Source: a bacterium
GTDB lineage: Bacteria; J088; JAWLBW01
Direction: 5' to 3'
DNA: 64,000 bases
Assembly (NCBI GenBank): GCA_041690355.1
Contig: JAWLHK010000007.1
Span: forward strand, 1-64,000
Shown: positions 18,964-29,107 of the stretch, piece after piece
Numbering within the stretch: position 1 is the stretch's first letter
How the letters are laid out: each line of letters opens with the position of its first letter
Position numbers and translations under genes: made by a program
Notes under the pieces: generated by a model
The model's input: the letters and a program-made list of their open reading frames with translations, nothing else
Told to the model about the DNA's origin: nothing
Database searches by the model: none

Positions 18964-21651
18964 ATGGCAGCAATTCCCCTGAAATCCGGAAGTGAGCTTC
19001 GCGAAGCCTTCCTCCAGTATTTCGCCCGCAACGGCCATCGCATCGTGTCGAGCAGTTCCCTGGTTCCCCATCAGGACCCGACCCTGCTCTTCACGAATGC
19101 GGGCATGAACCAGTTCAAGCGCCTCTTCACCGGTGAGGAGACCCGTGACTACTCGCGCGCCACGACATCGCAGAAATGCGTGCGCGCAGGGGGCAAGCAT
19201 AACGATCTGGAGAACGTGGGGCATACCGCCCGCCACCACACGTTCTTCGAGATGCTGGGAAATTTCTCGTTCGGCGACTACTTCAAGCGCGAAGCCATCC
19301 AGTTCGCCTGGGCGTTTCTCATCGACGAACTCCAGCTGCCGGTCGACCGTCTGCGCGTCACCGTCTTCAAGGGCGAAAACGGCGTCCCCGGCGACGACGA
19401 AGCCTTTCAGCTCTGGCAGGAAGTTGCCGGCGTGCCCGCCGATCGCATCCACCGCCTGGGGATGAAGGACAACTTCTGGGCCATGGGCGACACCGGCCCC
19501 TGCGGCCCCTGCTCCGAGATCCACTATCACCAGGGCGACCAGCTCCCGTGCCTCGAAGAACAGGCCGGGCGCGCCTGCCTGGGAGTCGAGTGCGAGTGTG
19601 ATCGCTGGCTCGAAATCTGGAATCTGGTCTTCATGCAGTTCAACCGGCGAGAGCCGGGTGGCGCCTATGAGCCGCTGCCAAAGCCGAGCATCGACACCGG
19701 GATGGGGCTCGAGCGGCTCGCCGCTGTCGTGCAGGGCAAGCTGACGAATTACGATACCGACCTGTTCATGCCGCTCATCGAGTTTGCGGCCGAAAAGGCG
19801 GGGGTGACTTACGGCGCATCCGCCGACACCGATGTCGCCCTGCGCGTGGTCGCCGATCACTGCCGCGCCATGACCTTTCTCATCGGCGACGGCGTGCTCC
19901 CCTCGAACGAGGGGCGCGGCTACGTCCTGCGCCGGATCATGCGCCGCGCGGCGCGCTTCGTGCGCAAGCTCGAAATTCGCGAACCGTTCCTCTATGCCGT
20001 CAGCGGCCAGGTCATCGAGCAGATGCGGAATGCCTTTCCCGAACTCGTCGACAATGCGAGCTACATCGCCCGCGTCGTCCGGGCCGAAGAGGAACGCTTC
20101 AACGAAACGCTCGACAAGGGGATGGTCGTCTTCGAAGACGCCGTCGCACGTCTGGAGAAGGCGAACGAAAAGACCATCGGCGGCGACGTCCTCTTCAAGC
20201 TGTACGACACCTACGGATTTCCCGTCGACCTGACGCGCATCATGGCCGAAGAGCGCGGGCTCGGCATCGACGAAGCCGGCTTCGAGAGCGCGATGGAAGA
20301 GCAGCGCGCCCGCGCCCGCGAGCATTGGAAGGGCTCGGGCGACGAGGCGGTGCGCGGGGTGTTCAACGGAATCGCCGCTGAAGTCGGGGCCACGAAATTC
20401 GTCGGCTACGAGACGACCGAGACCGATACGCGCGTGCAGCGCATCGTGCGCGGCGATCAGATCGTCGGCGAAGCCGGCCCGAACGACGAAGTCGACCTCG
20501 TCCTCGAAGCCACCCCTTTCTATGGGGAAGGGGGCGGACAGCTCGGCGACAAGGGGACCATCGGATTCGCGGGCGGCCGCGTGCGTATCGTGGATGCGAA
20601 GAAGCCGCTGCCGGGGCTCATCGTGCACCGCGGCATCGTCGAAGAGGGAGCGCTCCGTTCAGGCGACGCCGTGCGCGCGCAGGTCGACGACGAGCTGCGC
20701 GACGCCACCCGCCGCAACCACACGGCGACCCACCTGCTGCACGCAGCGCTGCGCATGGTCCTGGGCGACCATGTCAAGCAGGCCGGCTCGCTGGTCGGGC
20801 CCGATCGCCTGCGTTTCGACTTTACTCATTTCAGCCCGCTCACGCCGGCCGAGCTGCAGGAGATCGAAGACCGGGTCAACGCCGAGATTCTGCGCAACAC
20901 GAAGGTCGAGACCGAACTGCTCTCCTACCAGGAAGCGATGAAGACGGGCGCCATGGCCCTCTTCGGCGAAAAATACGAAGACGAGGTGCGCGTGGTCAGC
21001 GTACCGTCGTTCAGCCGCGAGCTCTGCGGCGGAACGCATGTGAGCCGTACGGGCGACATCGGCCTCTTCCTCATCACGAGCGAAGGCGGCGTGGCCGCCG
21101 GCGTGCGCCGCATCGAGGCCGCGACCGGGCGCAACGCCATCCAGACCGTACGCGATCGCTACCTGAAGCTGGCCGAAGCCGCCGGCGCATTCAAGGTCGC
21201 TCCCGAAGAACTCCCCCAGCGTGTTCAGAAAACACAGGAGACGATCAAGGATCTCGAGCGCGAGATCCAACGCCTCAAGCAGAAGCTTGCGGGCGGCGCC
21301 TCGGTCGATCTGCTGGCCGGTAAAAAGGATATCGGCGGCGTAACCGTGCTCGCCGCCGAGGTCGAGGCCCGCGATCCGAAGGAGCTGCGCGAAACCTACG
21401 ATCAGGTCAAGCAGCGCCTCGGCTCTGGGATTCTCGTCCTGGGTGCCCGCGCCGAAGACAAGGTCTTTCTGCTCGTCGGCGTCTCTGACGATCTGACCGG
21501 CCGGTTCCAGGCGGGAAAACTGATCAAGCCGCTGGCCGAACTCCTGGAAGGCCGCGGGGGCGGCAAGCCCGAACTCGCGCAGGCGGGGGGCGCGCGTCCC
21601 GACCGGCTGCCCGAGGCCCTGCAGATGGTCGACAAGGTTGTGGCCGGGTAA
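18964..21651 (+). CDS. alaS: Alanine--tRNA ligase
   Basis: LLFTNAGMNQFK, HHTFFEMLGNFSFGDYFK, DTGMGLER, HTATHLLH, ELCGGTH, GGGK..AQAGG. Confidence 0.98.
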   Translation: MAAIPLKSGSELREAFLQYFARNGHRIVSSSSLVPHQDPTLLFTNAGMNQFKRLFTGEETRDYSRATTSQKCVRAGGKHNDLENVGHTARHHTFFEMLGNFSFGDYFKREAIQFAWAFLIDELQLPVDRLRVTVFKGENGVPGDDEAFQLWQEVAGVPADRIHRLGMKDNFWAMGDTGPCGPCSEIHYHQGDQLPCLEEQAGRACLGVECECDRWLEIWNLVFMQFNRREPGGAYEPLPKPSIDTGMGLERLAAVVQGKLTNYDTDLFMPLIEFAAEKAGVTYGASADTDVALRVVADHCRAMTFLIGDGVLPSNEGRGYVLRRIMRRAARFVRKLEIREPFLYAVSGQVIEQMRNAFPELVDNASYIARVVRAEEERFNETLDKGMVVFEDAVARLEKANEKTIGGDVLFKLYDTYGFPVDLTRIMAEERGLGIDEAGFESAMEEQRARAREHWKGSGDEAVRGVFNGIAAEVGATKFVGYETTETDTRVQRIVRGDQIVGEAGPNDEVDLVLEATPFYGEGGGQLGDKGTIGFAGGRVRIVDAKKPLPGLIVHRGIVEEGALRSGDAVRAQVDDELRDATRRNHTATHLLHAALRMVLGDHVKQAGSLVGPDRLRFDFTHFSPLTPAELQEIEDRVNAEILRNTKVETELLSYQEAMKTGAMALFGEKYEDEVRVVSVPSFSRELCGGTHVSRTGDIGLFLITSEGGVAAGVRRIEAATGRNAIQTVRDRYLKLAEAAGAFKVAPEELPQRVQKTQETIKDLEREIQRLKQKLAGGASVDLLAGKKDIGGVTVLAAEVEARDPKELRETYDQVKQRLGSGILVLGARAEDKVFLLVGVSDDLTGRFQAGKLIKPLAELLEGRGGGKPELAQAGGARPDRLPEALQMVDKVVAG

Positions 21652-21658
21652 CGATCGC

Positions 21659-22696
21659 GTGTCCGCCTCCGAAGCCACCCCCGCCCTTGCGGTCGCCGGG
21701 GTTCGCAAAGCCTACGGTTCGGTTCAGGCCCTGGCCGGCGTCTCTTTCGACGTCGCGCCCGGCAGCGTCACGGGCCTGCTCGGCCCGAACGGCGCCGGTA
21801 AGTCGACCCTCATGCAGTGCGTGACGACGTTGCTGCGGCCCGACGCCGGCGCGATTCGCATTTTCGGCACCGACGCGGCCGCCGATCCGCGCGGCGCCCG
21901 CGACCTGCTCGGCTACGTCCCGCAGACCCTGGCGCTCGACAAGGTTCTGACCGGCCGCGAACACCTCGAGCTTCACGGCGCCCTCTACCACGTGCCGCGC
22001 GGGAGGATGCGCGAAGCCATCGGCGAGGCGTTGACCCTCGTCGGACTCGCCGACGTGGCCGACCGCCGCGTCGGAACCTATTCCGGAGGAATGGCGCGCC
22101 GCCTCGATCTCGCCGCCGCCCTGCTCCACCGCCCTCGTCTGCTGGTCCTCGACGAACCGACGGTGGGCCTCGACATCCAGTCCCGCTCAGCCATCTGGAA
22201 GTTCGTGCGCGCCCTGGCCGACGGCGGAACCGCGGTGCTGATCGCCAGCCACCATACGGAAGAGATCGAGTTCCTCAGCGACCGCGTCGCCATCCTGGAT
22301 CACGGGGCCGTGCGCGCCGAGGGGACGCCTGACGACCTGAAGGCACGCTTCGGGAGCGCCCTCGTTCACCTCAAGCTGCGCGAGTTCGCCGCGCCGGAGG
22401 AGCTGGAGTCGGCCGCCGGCACGCTGCGCCAGTCGAACCGCTATGCTCGCGTGCTCGTCGATACCCGGGACGGCGGCCGCATCACGGTGGTGCTTGCCGA
22501 GCGCCCCGAGAGTCCGGAGGCCGTCCGTAGGGAATTGGCAGGCCTTCTTTCCGTCGGCGACGAAGGGTTCTTCGCCTTCGCCCTCGAACGCCCCACGCTC
22601 GAAGACGTCTTTCTCGACGCCACTGGCCATGCCCTGCGCGACGCCGCCTGGACAAGCGCCGAAGGGGATCCCATCGGCAGACGGAGGCCGGCATGA
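21659..22696 (+). CDS. ABC transporter ATP-binding protein (DrrA-like)
   Basis: GPNGAGKST, YSGGM, LVLDEPT, PTLEDVFL; start approximate. Confidence 0.9.
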   Translation: MSASEATPALAVAGVRKAYGSVQALAGVSFDVAPGSVTGLLGPNGAGKSTLMQCVTTLLRPDAGAIRIFGTDAAADPRGARDLLGYVPQTLALDKVLTGREHLELHGALYHVPRGRMREAIGEALTLVGLADVADRRVGTYSGGMARRLDLAAALLHRPRLLVLDEPTVGLDIQSRSAIWKFVRALADGGTAVLIASHHTEEIEFLSDRVAILDHGAVRAEGTPDDLKARFGSALVHLKLREFAAPEELESAAGTLRQSNRYARVLVDTRDGGRITVVLAERPESPEAVRRELAGLLSVGDEGFFAFALERPTLEDVFLDATGHALRDAAWTSAEGDPIGRRRPA

Positions 22697-23505
22697 GCAG
22701 TTTCGTCCGCGAGACGATGGCGCTCACGCGCCGGTGGTTTCTGCACACCCTGCGCCAGCCCATCGCCGTCGCCGCCGGTCTGTTTCAGCCGCTCATCTGG
22801 CTGTTTCTGTTCGGCTCCCTGTTCCACCAGCTGCGCCTGCCCGTGGCGGCCGGCGGCGTTGAAGTCAGCTACATCCCCTTTCTGGCGGCCGGCGTCATCG
22901 TCTTCACCGCCTTCAACAGCGCGCTCGCGACCGGCGTTCCCGTCCTCTTCGACAAGGAAAACCGGTTTCTTGAGCGGCTGCTCGTCGCCCCGCTGCGCTC
23001 GCGCTTCAGCATCGTCGCCGCTTCGGCCCTGCACATCTTCGTCATGAGCTGGGTGCAGACGGCCATCGTCATGCTCGTCGTCGATGGGTGGAGCGCCGAC
23101 GTTTCGCTCGGCCTGAGCTCCTTCTTCGGCGTCCTCCTCGTGACCTCGCTGCTCATTCTCGGCTTCACCGTGCTGAGCATCGGGCTCGCCTTCGGCCTGC
23201 GGGCGCACTTCGAGATGCTGTCGCTGATCCAGGTCGTCAGCCTGCCGATGGTCTTCGTCTCGTCGGCCTTCGCGCCGGTGAGCCTCATGCCCGCCTGGCT
23301 GCAGTGGCCGGCCACCCTGAATCCTCTCACGGCGACCATCGAGCCGGTGCGCGCACTCATCCTCCAGGGGCGTCTGCCGGCCGGCCCGCTGCTCGAGGCC
23401 CCTTGGGGCACGCTCGGCTTCGCCGGCTGCGTGGGATACCTGCTCGTCTTCGATCTGGTCGCCGTGCTCGCCGTCGGCGCCTTCCTCCGCCGTTACCTCC
23501 GTTAG
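22693..23505 (+). CDS. ABC-2 type permease (DrrB-like)
   Basis: About 6 transmembrane segments, FLERLLVAP, LNPLT; ATGA overlap with the ATPase gene. Confidence 0.88.
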   Translation: MSSFVRETMALTRRWFLHTLRQPIAVAAGLFQPLIWLFLFGSLFHQLRLPVAAGGVEVSYIPFLAAGVIVFTAFNSALATGVPVLFDKENRFLERLLVAPLRSRFSIVAASALHIFVMSWVQTAIVMLVVDGWSADVSLGLSSFFGVLLVTSLLILGFTVLSIGLAFGLRAHFEMLSLIQVVSLPMVFVSSAFAPVSLMPAWLQWPATLNPLTATIEPVRALILQGRLPAGPLLEAPWGTLGFAGCVGYLLVFDLVAVLAVGAFLRRYLR

Positions 23506-23543
23506 CGTGCCCCGACCTGGTCGGCCGTGATATGCTGACCGGC

Positions 23544-25259
23544 ATGCGAGTCGCCCACTCTCTCCTGCTCGCAGGCGTCCTGACGTCCTGCGCGAGTGAA
23601 CCTGTGCCCGTGCATCCGAGCAACACCGCTCCATCTCCCAAGACTGCCGCCGAATATCCGCTCACGGTTACGGACCCGTGGACGACGTTGACACGCGTCT
23701 GGCTCCCCACCGACGCCTCGGAGGAGACGCGCGCCGCCATTCACCGCGGCGAACTCGAGATCGACGATCTGTCGGACTACCCGCGCCATGGCCTGGACGC
23801 GCTGAAGCTGGGTGCGGGAGAGCCGCACATCCGCTACGCGCCGTTCACCGCGACGACCGCGCCCGCACGCCGCTCGCTGCTCTACTTCGCCCAGCTCTCC
23901 GATACGCACATCACTGATGAAGAGAGCCCCGTGCGCCTCGAAGGCGTGACGCGTTTCGCCTACGCGAGCGCCTACCGCGCCCAGGATCACTACACGGCCC
24001 ACACGCTCGACGCCATGATCCGCACGGTGAACCTCTTCAGCTACGCCGATCGGCCGCTCGATTTCCTGTTCGTCTCCGGCGACCTGTCCGACAATGCGCA
24101 GGAGAACGAACTCTTCTGGCTGCGCGAAATTCTCGACGGCGGCGTGGTGCAGGCCGACAGCGGCGCCATTGACGACCCCGTCCCCGGTCCGGGCAACGAC
24201 TGGACCGACCCCTTCCGTGCCGCCGGAGTCGACCCGCGCGTCCCCTGGTACGCCATTCCCGGCAACCACGACAGCTCGTTTCTGGGCACCTTCAACGACA
24301 CCGAGCAGGTGCGGGCCGCCGCCACCGGCGACCGCATCATCGATCTCTACGGCTTCGGCAACCTGAGCAACGGCGAGGTGACCTTCGGCGTGCGCGACAG
24401 CAGCCGCCCGTTCGCGCCGGTGGTGCGCGGCGGCACCATCGCGCCCGATCCGCGGCGCCGGATTCTCGAAGCGCACGAAGTCATGGCCATGTTCCTGACG
24501 TCGCCGACGAACCCTCCGGGGCACGGTTTCACGCAGCACAACATCGACCTGGACGTGGCGACCTATGTCACGCAGCCGGTCGCCGGGTTCCCCCTCACGC
24601 TCATCGCCATGGACACGGCGACGGAGTTCATTCTCGACGCGAAGGGGAACATCGTGCAGAATGCGAGCAGCGACGGCGAAATTTCCCGCGCGGTCTGGGA
24701 CGAAATCATCGTGCCGGCGCTCGAGCAGGCGCAGGCCGACAACCACCTGATCGTCGCCGCCGCGCACCACTGCACGACCAGCATGTCCGACACCGTCTCG
24801 GAGGTGAAGGCCGACGAGATGCGCCGCACGTTCCGCAGCTTTCCGAATTTTCTCGCTCACTTCTGCGGCCACGGCCACCGCACCGAGATGTGGACCTGGG
24901 AGGCCGAGAAAGCGGGCGAGCACGGTTACGTAGAGATGATGCAGGCGTCGACCATCGACTTTCCCGTCTCGGCCCGCCTGTGGGAACTGGTCGACAACGG
25001 TGACGGGACGTTCTCGCTCTTCAGCACGCAGGTCGAACCGAACGTGAGTCCCGGCATGCCTGCATGGGAAGCGCTGTCGTATACGGCCGCCGCCCACAAC
25101 TTTCCCCTCTCGTCGCTCTTCGAACCCGACAACTGGTCGCAGACGAAGTACGCGCGGAACATGGAACTGGTGCTGCCCGTGCCGGACGCATTCCAGCCGG
25201 TGCTCGATCAGCTCCCGGCGCGGGGGCCCGTCGAGTCGACAGGGCGCCTGGCCCATTGA
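23544..25259 (+). CDS. Calcineurin-like metallophosphoesterase lipoprotein (TIGR03767/TIGR03768-like)
   Basis: VLTS-C lipobox; SDTHITDEESP, GDLSDN, PGNHD, AHH, GHGH; start 23544 (alternative 23532). Confidence 0.8.
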   Translation: MRVAHSLLLAGVLTSCASEPVPVHPSNTAPSPKTAAEYPLTVTDPWTTLTRVWLPTDASEETRAAIHRGELEIDDLSDYPRHGLDALKLGAGEPHIRYAPFTATTAPARRSLLYFAQLSDTHITDEESPVRLEGVTRFAYASAYRAQDHYTAHTLDAMIRTVNLFSYADRPLDFLFVSGDLSDNAQENELFWLREILDGGVVQADSGAIDDPVPGPGNDWTDPFRAAGVDPRVPWYAIPGNHDSSFLGTFNDTEQVRAAATGDRIIDLYGFGNLSNGEVTFGVRDSSRPFAPVVRGGTIAPDPRRRILEAHEVMAMFLTSPTNPPGHGFTQHNIDLDVATYVTQPVAGFPLTLIAMDTATEFILDAKGNIVQNASSDGEISRAVWDEIIVPALEQAQADNHLIVAAAHHCTTSMSDTVSEVKADEMRRTFRSFPNFLAHFCGHGHRTEMWTWEAEKAGEHGYVEMMQASTIDFPVSARLWELVDNGDGTFSLFSTQVEPNVSPGMPAWEALSYTAAAHNFPLSSLFEPDNWSQTKYARNMELVLPVPDAFQPVLDQLPARGPVESTGRLAH

Positions 25260-25280
25260 TACTTTTTCCGCAGGAATTCC

Positions 25281-25889
25281 ATGCAACGCCGCCTGCTGAT
25301 GACCCACCGCTCACCCTTCGCGCGCAAGGTGCGCATCGCCCTGCGTGAAAAGGGGCTTCCAACCGAAGAGACGCTGCTCGATCTGGCCCGCAAGCCGGGC
25401 GAACTCCTGCGCTCGGGCCCGATGCAGAAGGTTCCCGTGCTGTTCGACGGCCCGCTCACGATTGCAGACTCGACCGTCATCTGCGAGTACCTCGAAGACC
25501 GCTATCCCCGGTCGCCCCTGCTTCCGCACGGATACCTGGCCCGGCTCGCCGCACGTCAGTGGGAGAACCTGGGCGACGAGGCGAGCGAAGCGGCCGTGCA
25601 CATCTTCATGCAGGGGCAGCGCCGCGGCGGCGTCGCCGATCGCGACGGCGTACGCAAGGCCGAGGCGACCATTCCCCGCATCCTGGACGCCGCCGAAGAC
25701 GTCCTCCGCAACCGTGCCTTTCTGGTCGGCGATCGGCTCACCGTGGCCGACATCGCCATCGGCTCGACCGTCGCCTACATCGGCTTCCGCCTCGGCGACG
25801 CCTGGCGACGCGGCCGCCCCCACCTGAGCGCATGGCTCGAGACGCTTGAACAGCGGCCGGGCTTTGCCGAAACCCGTCCCCGCCTCTGA
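25281..25889 (+). CDS. Glutathione S-transferase family protein
   Basis: SPFARKVRI, KVPVL, DSTVICEYLE, LTVADIA. Confidence 0.9.
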   Translation: MQRRLLMTHRSPFARKVRIALREKGLPTEETLLDLARKPGELLRSGPMQKVPVLFDGPLTIADSTVICEYLEDRYPRSPLLPHGYLARLAARQWENLGDEASEAAVHIFMQGQRRGGVADRDGVRKAEATIPRILDAAEDVLRNRAFLVGDRLTVADIAIGSTVAYIGFRLGDAWRRGRPHLSAWLETLEQRPGFAETRPRL

Positions 25890-25901
25890 GGAGATTCGCC
25901 C

Positions 25902-27923
25902 ATGCCCTTCCCGCTTCGTCCGCTTGCCGTTCTCTCGCTCGGGCTCCTGCTCACGGGCGCCTGCAGCACGACTGAAGAAAAAGTTCACGTCGCAGTCGAG
26001 ACCCGCGACGGCAAAGAGTGTAATCCGCTCTCCATGGGGGTCTGCGTCCTTCCCGTTCCTTCGTCGGTCTGGCAGCGCAGCGACGCAGCGACCCCGACGG
26101 GGCAGCGCCTCGCGCTTCCCGAAGGCCTGCTTCCGGCCGCAACCGTCGAGGGAAAGGCAATCCCACTCGATCCGGCCCCCTACAATGAAAAGGACGGCTG
26201 GAGCATCGGCACTTCGATCTATATTGCCTTCGACCGGGCCGTCGACGGCGTCAATCTGGCCGGCTATGCCGAAATCGCGCGGACCGTCGATGGCGACAGC
26301 CCGACCGTGCTGCTCGACGCCGAGACAGGAGAACGTGTCGCCCACTGGGCCGAGCTCGACGAGTACGCGAACCTCGGTGCGAAGCCCGGGAAGACCGACC
26401 GCGGCCTGCTCATCCGCCCCGCCGGCACGCTGGAGTTCAACCGCCGCTACGTCGTCGCCCTGCGCAGGAGCCTCGAAGGGACCGCCGGACCCTTCGAGCC
26501 GCCCGCCGCGTTCAAGGCGCTGAGAGACGGCACGCTCACCGATAACGCGACCGTAGAACGGTTGCGCCCGCGCTACACGAAGATCTTCGCGGCCCTGGCG
26601 AAAGCGGGCATCGCGAAGGACGACCTGCTGCTCGCGTGGGACTTCGATACGGGGAGCGACGGGCACCTGCATCGTGACCTCATCGCCATGCGCGATCGGG
26701 CCCTCGACGCTCTGGGAGACGACGGCATCGGGTACACGATCGAGAAGGTCGAACTGCTCGAAGAAGACAACCCGGTCCGCATGCGGGTTACCGGCACGTT
26801 CAAGAGCCCCCTGTTTCTCGAGAACGGCGGAGAGGGCAAGAGCTTTCTCTGCACCGCAACCTTCTCGGGCGCCTGCCCACCCGAAGGGTACGTGCGCGAC
26901 GAACAGGGACTGCCGAAGCAGCTCGGCACGTGGGATCGGCCCTTCCTGCTCACCATCCCGCGGCGCGCCACGGAGGCGACCGTGCCGATCGTGCAGTTCG
27001 GCCACGGCCTGCTCGGCGGCGCCGACGAGATCAACAGCGGCTACAACCGCCGCGTCGCCGAGGAGCTGGGCATCGCCTTTCTCGCCACCGACTGGACGGG
27101 CATGAGCTTTCTCGACGTGCCCTTAGTTGGCGCGGCGCTGCTCGACATGAGCAAGTTCGCCGCCCTCCCCCTCCGCCAGACGCAGGGGCTCATCGACGCC
27201 ATCGCGCTCACCCGCACGTCGCACCGGATCGCGAAGGACGCTCAGCTGCAGCTCAACGGAAAGCCGCTGCTCGATAGCTCGGTGCCGCGCTACTACGGGA
27301 TTTCGCTGGGGGGCATTCTCGGCGGGCCGTTCATGGCCATCTCGACCGACATCGAGCGCGGCGTGCTCAACGTACCGGGGGGCGCCTGGAGCCTCATGAT
27401 CACCCGGAGTTCGAACTGGTCGGGCTATTCGGTCATCATGAACGCGGGCTATCCCGACAAGCTCGATCAGCAGATCGTGCTCGTGCTGCTGCAGACCGTC
27501 TGGGACATCTCCGATCCGGTCGCCTTCGCACCGAAGATCATCCGGGACCCGCTCCCCGGAACGCCGGCCAAGAAAATCCTCTATCAGATGGCGGTCAACG
27601 ACGCGCAGGTGCCGATGGAGTCGACCGAGAAGATGGCGCGCGGCATGGGGCTCCCCCTCATCGTGCCGAGCGTGCGCGACGTCTACGGCCTCGAAGAGGT
27701 AACCGAGGCCGAAAGCGCGTTGACGATCTGGGACGAGAACGTGACGCCGATGCCGATCGAGAACCTGCCCCCCACCGAAACGAACGAAACGCACGGGTCC
27801 ATCCGCGACCTGCCGGAGCTGAAGGCGCAGATCGACGACTTCCTGTTCGGCGACGGCATCATCCGCAATACCTGCGGCGGTCCGTGCAACTACGTGAACG
27901 ACGTGTTGACGGTCGCGCCATGA
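25902..27923 (+). CDS. Lipoprotein with Ig-like N-terminus and alpha/beta-hydrolase domain
   Basis: LLLTGA-C lipobox; GHGLLG oxyanion motif, GISLGG nucleophile elbow, late D and H candidates. Confidence 0.7.
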   Translation: MPFPLRPLAVLSLGLLLTGACSTTEEKVHVAVETRDGKECNPLSMGVCVLPVPSSVWQRSDAATPTGQRLALPEGLLPAATVEGKAIPLDPAPYNEKDGWSIGTSIYIAFDRAVDGVNLAGYAEIARTVDGDSPTVLLDAETGERVAHWAELDEYANLGAKPGKTDRGLLIRPAGTLEFNRRYVVALRRSLEGTAGPFEPPAAFKALRDGTLTDNATVERLRPRYTKIFAALAKAGIAKDDLLLAWDFDTGSDGHLHRDLIAMRDRALDALGDDGIGYTIEKVELLEEDNPVRMRVTGTFKSPLFLENGGEGKSFLCTATFSGACPPEGYVRDEQGLPKQLGTWDRPFLLTIPRRATEATVPIVQFGHGLLGGADEINSGYNRRVAEELGIAFLATDWTGMSFLDVPLVGAALLDMSKFAALPLRQTQGLIDAIALTRTSHRIAKDAQLQLNGKPLLDSSVPRYYGISLGGILGGPFMAISTDIERGVLNVPGGAWSLMITRSSNWSGYSVIMNAGYPDKLDQQIVLVLLQTVWDISDPVAFAPKIIRDPLPGTPAKKILYQMAVNDAQVPMESTEKMARGMGLPLIVPSVRDVYGLEEVTEAESALTIWDENVTPMPIENLPPTETNETHGSIRDLPELKAQIDDFLFGDGIIRNTCGGPCNYVNDVLTVAP

Positions 27924-29107
27924 CGTTCGCGGTCGATCGCGATCGCCTGCGCACGCTCTGCGCCCACGCGGGCGCTCCGCACGACCGAGAGCGCAACGAG
28001 CCCTTCGTGCCGCCGATTGTTCAAGCGAGCCTCTACCAGCTGGGCACGACGGAGAACGCCGCCGCGCTTTTTTCCGGCGAGAAGGCGGGCTTCACCTACA
28101 GCCGGTTCGGCAATCCGACCGCCGAGAAGCTGGCCGAGGTGCTCGCTGCGCTCGAAGGGGGGAGTCAGGCGCGCGTGACTTCGTCAGGCAATGCCGCAAC
28201 CATGGCGGCCCTCACGATGGCGCTGCGCGGAGGCGGCGATCGAATCGTCGCCCCGCCGGGGCTGTATGGGGGAACGCTCGAGCTGCTGCGGCTGTTTGAG
28301 GCGCGCTTCGGCGTGCCCATCGAAATCGCAGACCCCGCACAGACGGCAAATTGGGAGGCGGCGATTGCGAAGGCGACCGTCGTGTTCGTCGAAACGCCGA
28401 CGAATCCGCTCCTGCGCATCATCCCGCTCGCAGAGACGGCCGCGGCGGCACACAAGGCCGGCGCGACGCTCATCGTCGACAACACGGTGGCGACTCCGTA
28501 CAATCAGCTTCCGCTGCAGCTGGGGGCCGATTTCGTCATCCACTCGCTCAGCAAATACCTGAACGGCCACAGCGACGTCGTGGGCGGGGCGGTAATCTCA
28601 CGCGAGCCGTTCACCAGGGCGCAGCGCGACATCCACAAGAACCTGGGGGGCACCGTAAACGGCTTCGACGCCTGGCTGGTGCTGCGCGGGCTTCGCACCT
28701 TTCCCCTGCGCATGGACGCGCACAACCGCAACGCGCAGACGGTCGCCGAATGGCTCGCCCGCCACCCCGCCGTCAGTCGGGTGCATTATCCTGGGCTGCC
28801 CGACCACCCCGGGCACGCCCTGGCGGTGCGCCAGATGGCCGGCTTTTCGGGGCTGCTCTCCTTCGAGCTGGCAGGGGGGCTCGAGGCGGCGCGCAAGCTG
28901 ATCGATCACCTGCAACGTATCGCCCATGCCGTGAGCCTCGGCGGCGTGGAGTCGTCGATCACGGCGCCGGCGGCCACGAGTCACCGCGGCATCCCCGCCG
29001 AAGAGCGCCGGGCGGCCGGTCTGGCCGACGGGCTCGTGCGCCTTTCGGTCGGGGTCGAAGCCGTGGCCGACCTGCTGGCCGATCTCGATCAGGCGCTGGG
29101 TCAGTAA
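27920..29107 (+). CDS. Cys/Met metabolism PLP-dependent enzyme (cystathionine gamma-synthase/methionine gamma-lyase family)
   Basis: YSRFGNPT, ETPTNP, VDNT, HSLSKYLNGHSD, SLGGVES, RLSVGVE. Confidence 0.9.
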   Translation: MTFAVDRDRLRTLCAHAGAPHDRERNEPFVPPIVQASLYQLGTTENAAALFSGEKAGFTYSRFGNPTAEKLAEVLAALEGGSQARVTSSGNAATMAALTMALRGGGDRIVAPPGLYGGTLELLRLFEARFGVPIEIADPAQTANWEAAIAKATVVFVETPTNPLLRIIPLAETAAAAHKAGATLIVDNTVATPYNQLPLQLGADFVIHSLSKYLNGHSDVVGGAVISREPFTRAQRDIHKNLGGTVNGFDAWLVLRGLRTFPLRMDAHNRNAQTVAEWLARHPAVSRVHYPGLPDHPGHALAVRQMAGFSGLLSFELAGGLEAARKLIDHLQRIAHAVSLGGVESSITAPAATSHRGIPAEERRAAGLADGLVRLSVGVEAVADLLADLDQALGQ

